This document shows positions 40,962 to 52,978 of a DNA stretch of 64,000 bases, piece by piece. This stretch comes from Podarcis pityusensis (lineage: Eukaryota). Location of the stretch: NCBI GenBank assembly GCA_964106645.2, contig OZ067040.1, one strand, 5' to 3'. The translations under genes and the position numbers were made by a program. The stretch's first letter is position 1; every line of letters starts with the position of its first letter. Under the pieces are notes generated by a model that did no database searches, was not told the DNA's origin, and saw only the letters and a program-made list of their open reading frames with translations.

Positions 40962-41485
40962 GTCTGGCCCTAACAAGAGCTCGGCGGAGAACGGGGAGAA
41001 AGTGGAGACGGCGCTTCTTTGTTGCTGCCGCTGCCTGCAAGCCCAGCTCCTGCCTCTGGGGCCGTCGCCACGGGCGGCCACTCTTCTTCTTCTTCCTCCT
41101 CCTCCTCCTCCTCCTGTAGCTAACCGATTACAGGACCACAAGCGAGAAAAAGCCGGGCAAAGAAGCGAGGAGCCGGGAGGCGAGCGCTGCTGCCGATGAC
41201 GACGCTGCCCGGCGGCGCCTTCTTGGGAGCTGGGAGCAGGATGGAAAAAGGGGGGCAGAGCCGCCGCCACCGCCGCCTCCTGCTTCCGCCGCTGCCGGGG
41301 AAGGCAATCAAGGCAGCTGCTGCTGCTGCTCCAACATCTCCTGCCGACGCCGTGCTTGCTTTCCCCTCTCCTTCCCTCCCGCGGGGACTGGGGAGGTGGA
41401 AGGGAGGCGAGGAGGGGAGGAACGGAGGTGGTGGCAAGGAGTGGAAGGAAGGAGAAGGGGAGGGAACGGAGGGGACTGGAGGAGT

Positions 41486-41510
41486 TGCTGCTGCTGCTGC
41501 TGCTGCTGCT
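41486..41510. repeat. (CTG/CAG)8 tract in PDE10A leader; further triplet tracts at ~41083-41114 (CTT/CCT), 41316-41330 and 41864-41883
   Basis: Read directly from the sequence. Confidence 0.9.
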
Positions 41511-43578
41511 GGGTTGGAGAAGAGGCTGCAGGAGCCTGTCCCCGCGGCTCCCGCTGCTCCTTGCGAGGATGCGAGTGCGGCCGCAGGCAGCCCGGTCCCT
41601 TCCCGGGGAAGGAAGCCCCCCGCCGCCTCCGCCCCTCTCCTGGCCGAGGGAGTGGAGCAGGCTAGGATTGGAGCCCGGGTTTTCCCCTCCCGCCCCTGCA
41701 GCCGGGGGGGGGGTCTGGGGGCGGGCTAAGCGCGCTTTCTCCCGGTTGGCCGTCGAGCTCCGTTCCTGCCCTTTCCGCGCGAGTTTGAGGCAGGACTTTT
41801 GCCGAGAGTCACACGGCGGGGCGGCGAGGAGGGAAGCAGAGGCAGGCGAAGGGGCCGGTTCGGTTGCTGCTGCTGCTGCTGCTCCTCCGCCCCTTTCCCT
41901 GCACGCGAAGGGTGGCCGGCCGCCTTCCTCGGGTTTAGGATCCCCTGTCAAGAATCATCTTAATATCTTGCTTTTTCCCCTTTGAGGAGAACGAGGAGTC
42001 TTCTGGCGCCCCCCACCCCTCAAACCTTGGCGTTAAAGCGCGCGCGCGCGAACGCACACAATCCACCCCTTTCCTCTGGTTCCTTCTCAGCAATGCAAAC
42101 ATTTCTTTCTGTCTGTAAAAAAAAGGCAGAGCGAGGAGCGTGGAAAAAAATAGTTCACTGCAGTGCTGCTTCCAATTTCCAACCCCGGCTCGCCGCCAGA
42201 AAAACCGCCCACTGGCGGAGCCTGGTGCCTCAGAGCCGCCTCCCTGCTCACCTCCCCGCAGCGATGCCAAGGCAAGCAGCGGACTGGCCGCCTGAAGAAA
42301 GCGCGGGAAGCGAAGGGATTTGCCCCTCAGCCGCCTCTGCGCCCTTTCAGCACTTCCAAGTTCACAAACACCCAGAGTTCCCCTTCACGGGCTTGAAGAG
42401 CGTATTAAGCAGAGCCCGGGTGGGTCTGACCCAAAGGCCCGGCACATCCCCCTGGGAAGCCCACGAGCGTAAGCGCAGGAGCGCTCTCTTGCTCGCCTTT
42501 GTGTCACGCTTTGACTTCAGCGCTCAGTTTCTAAAAAGACATAAGCTCGGTGTCCAGTTTGGGAAGGGAAGGGGCTTCCAGCGAGCTCCCAACGACAACT
42601 TCGGGCTGTGAGAGGCGGAAAGCACTCTGCACGTCCCCAAAGGCATTCAGGCTGAGGTTGCCTTCGTGCGCACACTATCTTGGCGGGAAGCCGCCTTGAA
42701 CCAAACTGGCTTCTGAGGCAAACGTGAGGGGCGCGCTTTTCGGGACTCTGCCCTGAAGAGAGTCTGGCGCCGAACTTGCCGCCTGCGACGAGAAACAAGG
42801 CCACGCGCCGAAGGCACCTGCGCTCCTTCCCGTTTCCCAACTTGGGAACACGTGTCTGGCTCGCTGCTCGTGGCTGAGGGGGTCCCAGAGGCGGCCACGC
42901 GCCCTGCCCACAACGTGACTGCGAGGGAAGAAGGGGGCTGGCCCAGCCAGCGTCCTTCTTCCTCACCTGAGCGCTCGGTCTCTCGGGGCGCAGCCCGCCT
43001 CACGGCAGGTGCGCTTGTCCAGGGGGAGCCGCTCGCCACGCAATTCTGGCTTCGCTGCCTGGGCTGGCAACTGTATGTTTCGTTCGCGCGCCAAAGCTCC
43101 CGTTTCAGCACCAACGGGAGAGGAAAGGGGACTGAAAAGCCTGGCTCCCGCTCCCTTCCTTCTTCCTCCGGCTCTCTCGCCCAGAGGGGCGCTAGGAGAG
43201 GGCTACCCTGGAAGGGCGCGGGTGGGACGCAAACGGCCATTACCTGGCAAGCCGCCTCTCTGCGCGGGCGGCTCCTCTCTGAGGGAGCCCACGGCTCCCC
43301 CTAAAAACGTTCGCCGACTCTTTTGCGGAGCGGTGCTTTAAAAGGAGGCTCGTCGGGAGCAAACCAATCGCGAAGCCGATCGCGTTCGCAGAAGTCAACG
43401 GTGCCCGAAGTTAAGGCGGCTCCTTAACGGCAAGAACCTCGCCCACAAACGGTGCCAAAGCCTGTGGCAAAGGAAGAGAGGCACCGATCTTCACGTGGTA
43501 CTGGTTTACATCCCCCATTCCTTTGATGAGAATAGTTGCCCCATTTCCTCATCCCAATGATCACTTAGTTTCTGTGGT

Positions 43579-43632
43579 GAAGAAGAAGAAGAAGAAGAAG
43601 AAGAAGAAGAAGAAGAAGAAGAAGAAGAAGAA
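43579..43632 (+). repeat. (GAA)18 microsatellite
   Basis: Pure, uninterrupted GAA run just outside the CpG island. Confidence 0.97.
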
Positions 43633-45701
43633 ACAATAATACAATTTGGTATTCATTAAAACTGGTCCGATCTTAGTTGTAAGGTTTCATCTATTTGATT
43701 TCTGGATCCTTACTGGTATATACGAACAAAAGAGACATTTTGAGATGAAAAAAGGACAGCTTTCTATAAATGACTGGAAGATAACTGTTAGAATTCTTTT
43801 TTATCTGTTATGGTACATTCAAAGCAAATGAACCTGATTTCAGTCCTGAAGTTTTCCTTACTGAGGGGCGGGGGGGGGGGTGGATCTGTTATTGCATTAG
43901 GTTGCCTTTGCGTTATATGTCTGCAACCGTTTTGAAAACGAGATATTTCATCTGTTTTCTCATTCAGTAATTGGTGCTCTATTTAAAATTGTGCAGTGGG
44001 CACTGGCACTCAGTAGAAATACACACAGGGTCTCGTTGGAAAGCCTTTCCATTTATTTTCCTTATTCAGTCAGCTGTGATAAAGAACGGGACGCTACCCA
44101 AACTTACCAAGAGGGCAGTTTTTTGTCTCCATAATCGTTTGTCATGTTGGTAAATAGCATCATTTAACATGCCTCCTGGAATCTAATGCTGGCATTAGTA
44201 AAACAGTGCAGACGTGGTTATTTACAAATGTTTATAAAACAGAGAGCTTGCATGTCACTTATTCACATGCACAGGTATCTCCTATACATTCTTTGAATAA
44301 TTTGAAGAAACTAAAATGATTGGATGACTTTTAAAATGGTATGCAGTTCTTTGTCTTAAAATCTTATTGTCTCCTCCTGACACATATCTACCTGAAATCT
44401 GCAAAATTGTTTGCTTCTTTTTCCTACTTTTTTCCAAAGAATAATTGAATTGATCAGATTTACAACGTAACTGCTATGACTTATGTATACCCTGATCAAA
44501 ATAGTGTCTTCAGCTACACATTCCAGGAAAACTATCAAGTATCCAGTTCAAACTAAATGTATAATTTGCTCAGTTTATTTGTTTAACTGTGTTACATTTT
44601 CAGACACTAGATGTGCAAAACATATTTGTAGCTGGAAATAACAGTTCTGCATACTTCAGTGTTCCTCTAAGTACTAAGAATAAGGCATTCATTATTATCC
44701 AACATTACAACTAAATAATTTTGCTCATTTCTTGAGAATGCACAATCTTTCCATTACATGTTTTTGTCAATTATTCAATTATTGAAATCAAATTGTCAAA
44801 GCAGATGGGAGAAAAATAATAGAGCTATGGATATTACCGTATTCATAAGGTGTTGGTTTACTTATATATTTAGGAATTTAAGAAGAAGAAACAACAAAGT
44901 CCAACGTTGGTTTTATTATGATTTTACATAACTTTGCCATTCCTAAAATTTGCCTTCAGTCAAAACATTTTAAAATTGTAATTTCCATTGCCTAATAAGC
45001 TAAAACATTCATTTGAATACTACAACATCTTGCACAGATTACATTTGCTTTGTAGATGAGTTACAGCCTGATACTAATTTTACTAGCACTTCTGAGTGTG
45101 CTTCGGATGGCAGCCTTAACTTTACATCTTACTTCTGCAGATGCAATTGACTTATGTGCTGTGTTTTTAATTGTAATGTTAGTGATCCTTTAATTTCTTA
45201 TTTTGTATTTAATTATATTAAAATTTGCATTCCATAGAATACAAATTGTAATGCAATAAAATACAATATGGGAAATAAAAGAAACAATAAAAATAAAAAT
45301 CAATAGGAATATTTGATATGGATATGCCATAGAATACCTGGAGCTTGCAGACCACAGGTTGGGTACCCCTGCCATGGAAAGCTGGTTCAGGAAAACAAAT
45401 CTGTTATGTAAGAATGTGCCAGTTATATGAACTTTACACAATCATTTTAAGATTAAGTAATTTTTAGCATTGTACATGTTCTATACTGAATATGTATGTT
45501 TTGTAATTCCTAACATCAAACACACAGTAGCCCCTCCTCTAAGCATAATAAAATGGGTCTAAAATGACAAATAAGAATAAAATAAATTATTGAATAGGCA
45601 TGAGCTTGGTTTATTTTTAGAGCCAACTGTACATTTATGGAACTATGGAATTGCAAATCTCCATTTTCAAGTTTATACACAAAATCTGTTGTAATTAGAA
45701 C

Positions 45702-45821
45702 CATGGGCATAGCCAGGATTTTTTTAGGGGGCAGGCTTGTGGGGGGGCAGGTAGAAGCTCAGATTTGTATTGATTTGTATTGATTTAGGAGCACCTGGCC
45801 CCCACCTTGTCTATGTCCATG
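45702..45821. mobile_element. Small hAT-type MITE
   Basis: TIR catgggcatagcca / tgtctatgtccatg; TSD attagaac/aacagaac (6/8). Confidence 0.65.
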
Positions 45822-46624
45822 AACAGAACAATCTGATTCCATCAGACACCAACTGGTTAAAGGTTAAGTTTCATTGGGAATGGCTTAGCAGCTACTCAAT
45901 AAGAACTGAAGTAGTAGAAAGGAAATGGAGGTATCCTGAATGTTACATACAGGGAGTATAGAGAAACTACAAGATATTCTTTTTAGCTCTTCTGCTGAAG
46001 AGGTTGGGTTATGACAGAAGCAACATTTCTGTGTTCTAAAGACGCATCACATCCTTGCATTCCAGATACTTCCCAATGCTCAGAATACTTCTCTCCACCA
46101 CTGACAGACAGTTATAGACACCAGAGCCTCCAGCAATCTTTGCAGTGTCACCCTGCTAGTCCCTTAAATGCCCTGACAAGAAAACAAAAATTTAAATCAG
46201 CTAGTGATTATGAATAAGCCTTTAGCATGTATTGCTAACAAAGGAGAAACATCTCAATGAAAAAAGCACCAATAAATGAACCCAACTACACAACCTACAT
46301 TTAGCACTGGTCATTCCCCCTAATATTTCACTTTTCTATTAGATACTTCCTATCCATGCATAAATCTTTTTTACATTTATAATGGCTGGGATCCAGACAA
46401 GTGGAAGGTTCACCGAAGGTGTTTCCCCATGTTATATGTGAACTTCCTTCACCCACTATAAGCCACCTTATTCTATGCCATTATGGAGGATCCCCTGAAC
46501 CTCAGCTGGGGGCGTGAAGGGAAAGGGGGGCAGTAAACCCTGTTGCTGGGGGTTTCTCTTGTACATCTGGATCCAAACCAATTTTGTGGGAGTTATAAAG
46601 GCATTCGACCTTTATAACTATACA

Positions 46625-46758
46625 CAGAGTTTATTTCAGCTGGAACTCACCAGAACTCAATTCCGGCACCTCTCAGATGGGCGCTATTGCCATTCTAAGA
46701 AAACGAGGGAGGTCTCATGGTGAGTTCTGGCACCTCTTTGTCTAGAAAAATGGCACTG
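46625..46758. mobile_element. Small hAT-type MITE
   Basis: Imperfect TIR cagagtttatttc / gaaaaatggcactg, repeated internal ttc.ggcacctct motif, and TSD actataca/gttataca (6/8). Confidence 0.6.
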
Positions 46759-46849
46759 GTTATACACAAGTAAAATTGTCTGTCTCTCCCTAACTTACCC
46801 ATTCCCATATATAACACTCTTAACCTCTTTAACTGGGAATGCTCTTAAA

Positions 46850-47500
46850 CATGCCCTTCCAGTTATCTGACCTTACCAAGACCCTAAGGTCTTCATCAGA
46901 GACACTTCCACAGGCGTCCTCAGCAAATGATATACAGCAGGAAGTTGCTACAGAAACGGCCTTTTCAGTGATGGAACCATAACAATAGAACACCCCCTCC
47001 AGATAGGTTTGCCTTGCACCTACTACAGTGGTACCTCAGTTTAAGAACAGCCCTGTTTACAAACTATTCGGTTTATGAACTCTGCAAAACCAGAAGTAGT
47101 GTTCCGCTTTGCAAACTTTACCTCGGTCTAAGAACTGAATCCGAATGGTGGAGGGGCACCGGCAGTGGGAGGCCTCATTAGGGAAAGCACGCCTCAGTTT
47201 AAGAATGGTTTTAGTTTAAGAACAGACTTCCGGAACGGATTAGGTTCGTAAACCGAGGTATATAGCATTTTCATTACCAGGTGAAAACCTATTTTCCCAA
47301 GCATTTTAAATATCAATTTAAGACTTTCAGAGTTTTTATCTGCTTCTACTTGCTGCTGCTGCTGCTGCTGGTCTCATTTATGTAGTTTTCTGCTGGGATT
47401 TTATAATGTTTGGTTTTCAGGGCTCTGTTTGTTTTTATGGTTTTTATCTTTTATTGTAAATCACCCAGAGAACATTGTTTATTGGCTGGTATACAAATGA
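46850..47500 (+). mobile_element. L2-clade LINE 3' fragment interrupted by a Tc1/mariner MITE
   Basis: ggccttttcagtgatggaacc...tttgccttgcacctac, then the MITE, then ...ccaggtgaaaacctattttcccaagcattttaa. This is the same tail as the other L2 copies. Confidence 0.62.
47026..47260. mobile_element. Tc1/mariner MITE (another subfamily), right TIR truncated
   Basis: TA|cagtggtacctcagttta...aaaccgaggta. The terminal ccactg is missing. Confidence 0.8.
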
Positions 47501-47569
47501 CGTTAGCTAGTCAGTTAACATAGACACTGAGTTTCATCAATAGCACCTATTCAACATATTGTTCTAAAG

Positions 47570-48420
47570 CAGGGGTTCTCAAACCTTCTGCCTCCAGCAT
47601 ATACTTGACATGGCTAAAAGTTAGTGAGGTCCACCAGTCACAAAAGGGTGGCAGGTGTAAGCAGAGTTCGGCATAATCAACTGGCAATTCTTGGCAGCAC
47701 TTTTTACTGCTATCTAATTCATTTTTGGAAATTGTGGTTTTTTTTGTTTTTTTCAGCTGTAACATTTTCCTTGTGACATGGAGTTCCATAGCTCAGCTTT
47801 CCTCAAAGTACAGAAATTTCTCTAGAGCTATTATGACTCAGGCTCCCACCCCCATTTTAGGCATAAATTGTTGATTCAGAGACTCTAAATGGAAAAGGCC
47901 TTTCCTTTCACATTTCCCCCTTCCAAATCCCAGGTGTCCGTTCAAAGTATTTTTTACCCATCTCCTGTAATTTTTACCAATTCTCCATTCACACTCAACT
48001 TATAACTTATTCCTTCCCCCCAAAATACCTGCCAGTTTATATCGCTCCTCCTCCCTTGGTCTTTTACATTCCTTTCTTCCCCTTGTAACAGTTTTCCTCT
48101 ATTATCCCCATCCTTTCTATTTCCAGTTTATTAATATTTTAATTTTTTATATTAATTTTTAACTACACTTTCTAATTTCTTTCAACTACTCTCCCGGTCC
48201 TTTCCCCTCCAATAAGAGAAATGCCCACCCACCCCACACAAAAAACACACCTTCTCTGTCTCCTGGCCGCCTTTACTCAGCAGGCAACAAACTGCTGCTG
48301 CTGGCATTAGTTCAGGCAAAAAGCTACAGTACAGTTAGGGGACAAGGCAGGTAAGTAAGGATGCCCTCAGCACTGAGGCCTACCTAAAAGTAGCACAAAA
48401 CCCACTCTTGAGAAACACTG
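47570..48420. mobile_element. hAT-type non-autonomous element (~850 bp)
   Basis: TIR caggggttctcaa / ttgagaaacactg; TSD ttctaaag/ctctgaag (6/8). Confidence 0.62.
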
Positions 48421-50238
48421 CTCTGAAGTGTTACTTGTTCTAAATCACCCTTTAATATTGATCCTGTTTTCTTTTAGTTTGTATGAGCATGGCCTGAGTT
48501 CATCCTGTTCATCATGAGTACTGCTCTCAAATTACTAGTGTTGAACAAGGACATTTGGCAAGCAAAATAAAACTGTTTTTCCTTTTATAATCACAGTATG
48601 TCAAAACACTTGGGTTAATTATGAAAAGTATTTGATTTCATCTGCCCTATTCCACTACCTACACTGTTCCCCAAGAAGAAGGGACTCAATCCTGGGTTTC
48701 ATATTCTGAACAGAAGTGTCCTGGTTTCCATTCAAAGCACACAGGCAAAGGACCTTACTCATAAGTAAGAAATAACTCTTTGTTCAGGCAAGTAGCAGCA
48801 TGGGCTCAGCAGCAAGCACAGTGCTCAGGAGTCACGATTCAGGAGCTCAAGAGCAGGGCAAGAAATTCAGAACTAGATGGAAGCAATGAAGATGTCCCAA
48901 GGAGTTTCCCCACCCATCTTGCCAAGTTTTTGTAGATGAAGTGCCTGCTTCATCAGGATGCGTGGCTCTGCTCCCATCTGCAAAGATGGCGTATGGTTCT
49001 AAGTGACAAGGCTGTACCCTCACCTTCAGACTCCTGTTCAGTCACTGCTGTGTCTTGTTCAGCCTCCTACTTCAGCTGATCAAAGCCCTCCCTAGCGCTG
49101 GCTGAGGCTCTCGGCTTTCCCCTCCAAAGGAGCTGAAGTCAGGACAGAAAGAGTAGATCCTCCCTCCTCCAATTCAAGCTCCTACCATTCAGCTCCCCCC
49201 TCCAATTTCTTCCTCTTCCTCCTCCACCTGAGCCTGCCAGTACAATACTAATCCTAACTATGGCTTCATGGCAAGAAGCTAGAAACACTTTTAAGAAGGA
49301 AACAATATATGCCAGCTCGGATCCATTACAGTCTACCAGCTACATAAAGTGGAGTCAGTATTAGTAAGATTAGCTACTTTTCTGCTTTTACATTATGAAA
49401 AACTGCATATATTAATATAAGAAATAATTAAAATATTGATTTCAGATGATAAGCAATTAAGGTATACTCAGAGTAGACCCAATGATTTCAGTGGGATTAC
49501 TCTGAGAATGACTAACATTGGTGCTCAACCTATGCTTTTATTGCACATTAAAATCTGCTCGTTTCAAACTACTTTTATACGAATCAACTATTTTATACGA
49601 AATCAACTATTGTACAAAGTGGTCATGTGAAGTCATCCTTAGTCATGGTCCCAGTGGAATGTATCTTGTTTCAAATGACAAATTTTATGTATTGCTTTGG
49701 TAAAAACAGGCTTTCAACACACTGCCATATATTTTTAGATAAGTAAATTGAGTGGAATTTTGCTCTGTCATCTAAGCAACTACAGAAAGATTTCATACAC
49801 AAATGTAGAATCAAAATGTTTTTGATAATTTTTGTAACGCTATCACCCTCCTTCTACTGTATATATAGCTCAGACTTGGCTATATTTTGCTGAAAGCATT
49901 ACAGGGGACAAATGAATAAGAGGCAGAAAAACATCTGATAGCTCTTGTGCAGCAGTATTGGGGCTCCCAAAGACACCCAGGGCCCTACACTAATCCCCAA
50001 AATTAGGTACCAGTGATTAGATACCAGCCTTTTTCTAGATAAGGAGGAGAAAATCAAATCAATTTGCATTTAAAGGCAAACTTTCTGAAGGAATTCACAC
50101 TTTCCGAAATAAATGTGATGTGAAACACAGAAAGCCGTCAAAATTTGCAGTTATCTGAATTTTAAAATGCAGTTCTCCAGCCAGGTAGTGTGTATAAAAA
50201 TTACAGATACTTGGGTTAAATGTGCACAAAAATGCAAC

Positions 50239-50239
<1 letters not shown>

Positions 50240-50273
<34 letters not shown>

Positions 50274-51080
50274 ACCTGTTTCTCTCGAGAGAGAGAGAGA
50301 CTGGAACGCACCTCTGGGGTTGATGTCAAATTGCTGTATTAGCAGCACCAAAGTGACCACTCTGGGATTTAGGTTTGATGAGGCCCTAAGCTACTGAAGG
50401 TAATGGGGGCCTTTATATGTCCAGCTGTCCTTTGTCAACAACAAATTGTCACTGTTTTTTTGTGTTGCATATATTCTATATGGTAATTTATGGACCTTAT
50501 AGGTATCTACAGCCATTTGCACATAACAAAATATGTATTTTATCAAAGTAATTGTTATATTTTGGAAATGTACATCCAGGAGGTCCAAGAGAGTGGGACC
50601 TAAACTATAGGTTGTTTAGCTTATACGTAAATCCGGCACTGCTCTGGGATGCAAGTCAGGGCAGTGTGTATGGAGGTCTTGGGCAGCCCAGACGACAAGA
50701 CCCCTCTCTTGGCCTCACTGATATGGCCCAAAGGAAAGCAGAGCAATGCGTCTGACACCAGCTTGGCTGCAGCAGTTGCCGGAAGAAGGCATACAAGATG
50801 CCATCCAAACATCTTAGGGCTCCCCTCTGGATTTCTATAGAGGTTACTCCTTAGCCTTTTCTTATCCCAAATACGTCCCACAAGGCAGCGGAGGTTTAGG
50901 ATTAGAGTTTCCCATCTGCCATGCACTTCCCTCTACAGCATGTGAAGAAACCACCTTCTTGACCACTGGACCCACTATTGGTCTCGTCTGCTCAATCTGC
51001 CAGAGCCAGTGTTCACACACAGAGGAAGTCCCTAACTCACTAAGGGTTTGAAACCCATCGGCTACCCTCACCTGGCTCAG
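50240..51080 (-). mobile_element. Non-autonomous retroposon (probably RTE-related) with (CAA)n tail
   Basis: (ttg)n tract at 50238-50273 is the tail on the minus strand, and the element is flanked by TSD aaatgcaact/aaatgcagct (50230-50239, 51081-51090). The RTE link is from recall only. Confidence 0.62.
50368..50641. mobile_element. hAT-type MITE with deleted left TIR
   Basis: Right end taaatccggcactg and 8-bp TSD ctctggga (50360-50367, 50642-50649). Only ggattta of the left TIR remains. Confidence 0.72.
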
Positions 51081-52978
51081 AAATGCAGCTATTAGCGCAA
51101 ATAACATACAAAAATGTGAAATGTGCTTTGCAAAAATGTGTATAGTGTGCAGATTTGCACACAAAATTGTTTTATATTAGGCAAAATTCACACTTGAAGC
51201 CCTGTTTGGTTTTCATGATGAACAAAGTGATGGCAATATGTAGCAAACTGTTGGACAAATTTTACAAATGAGAAAGTAAAATGGTCAGACTTGCCCATCC
51301 CTGCCCTCTACCCAGTAGTGCCTCCACAAACAAATGAAACATAAGAAGTGCAAAATGCAAGAAAGCAATCATTCTCAGATTGGTTTCTTCTTAGGTGCAG
51401 GGTTCTGCTTTCCTTTGGCAGCTCTGGATTCCTCTCCAAGACCCCCAGTTTTCTGAGATTGGTTCTCTACCTGCAAACCTTCCCTCTGTCTGGAGTTTCA
51501 GTCTTCCAAGAAGAACTGAGCTCTTGTGCCCCCATTTCTTCCTTGCAACGACTGACTGTTTTGCCTGCCCAGCAAAAGAAGGGACCTATTGGTTCTCTTT
51601 GAAGATGGAAGTTCTGCCCTTCCCTCCTCCTGGGCCATACCTTCTGCATACCTTCCCAACTTCTTCTAGCTCCATTGTCCTAAGAATATGGAAGGCAGAC
51701 CAGGTCTAGGCCAAGTTTCCATTTCTCCAGGATCATGGCCCTGGCTGCTACATCTGTCCATCTTCTCCCTGGTATGCACTGCTTGTCAGAGGCTTGAGAG
51801 TAGCTATGCCAAGGTTGTGGAGGGGGGGTGTTCTGCCACGAGGGCTTGCATGTTAATTGTTCTGCCTGACAAAAAATAACTTATCATTTTAAATGCTGAA
51901 TGTCAGAATGAAATTTCTTTTTCCACGAATCTCCATTGTCTCTTTGCCAGATGATGAGGCGTGCTTAACAAAGAAGCAGGAGGATTTCTGTTGCACTGTT
52001 GCTATATTTACAGCTTACAGATCTGTTCAGTTACAAATGAACAAGCCATGGGACGTGCCAGAAGATGTACAAAGCAAACAGGCTTCCCACTTTTATGCTT
52101 CTCCATGTAATGTGAGGCCAATATGAGCAAGGAACTTTTGGTACTTGTTTCTGTCTTCCCCCCTCCCTAGTTACTGCATTCCCCTGCCCCTTAAATATAA
52201 TACACCATAAATGGTTTAAGAACAGTCCATCCTTGGTTTGTTGCTCTGTGCATTGTTCAGTTTGGTAATAGGCACAAGCAGATCCTCTGTGGGAAATTCT
52301 GACTTATGAAATCAGAGTCCTAAAAGACCATCTATGTTCTGCACAGAGGACTTGATCCAATACAGCATTAACCCTCTGTAGCTTTGTCCATCCTTTATTT
52401 CCCTCCACGTATTTCCTACTGCTTCCTGTGACATTTGCTCATCCAGCTCCTTCATCCATCCAAAGATCTCCTACTCCCTGACTCTGCCCATTTCCCCTTA
52501 GCAGTTTCGTATGTCAAGAACTGCCCACCAAACGGCCTCCACGTGGACCACCTCTTTAATTTGTTTTTTAAGTCCAGCCTCAAAACCCTTAGTTCCTATT
52601 GTAACTAAGCCAAAGCACACATTAATTGAAGCAATCACATACAGGCGTCCCATTCCCCCCCCTTACATGGTGGTTACCTTCCCACGCGCATAAGTGAAAT
52701 TGTGTAAAGTGAGGAGCACCCTCTAAAAAAAGTCTCTGAGCACCCATTTGCTCTCCAGCTCTCTCTCCCACTCTCCAGACCAAAATATCTGAGCTCTGAG
52801 GCTGGCTGGAGACTAGAGAACTATTTATTAATTTGTTTGCTTATTTATTTATTTCCCAGTGCTGCACATATATGCAGTCATGTGCATGTTGATTGAGTGC
52901 CAGTGGAGGGACGCCTGCAATTTAATCCCCCTGCCTACCCATACCTCAATTTCCTCCTTCCTCTGTTATTTCACTGTA

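Larger units (their letters stand above)
40690..43500. promoter_or_regulatory. CpG island / PDE10A promoter and GC-rich 5' leader
   Basis: Abrupt rise in GC and CpG density against the AT-rich flanks, spanning exon 1. Contains GC boxes (ggggcggg 41718-41725, ggcggggcgg ~41815), CCAAT motifs (attgg 41667-41671, ccaat ~43364) and an E-box cacgtg ~43492. The TSS cannot be determined from sequence. Confidence 0.88.

Noticed and set aside
41935-42270. ORF listed as MASLRGG..., superficially like the start of the long human PDE10A isoform
   Set aside because: The first codon is TTG, not ATG, the similarity ends after 4 residues, and the frame stops at 41935.
41196-43341. Long ORFs on both strands of the CpG island (177, 209, 209, 197, 150 aa)
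   Set aside because: Low-complexity Ala/Gly/Pro/Arg translations expected from GC-rich DNA, with no recognisable domains.
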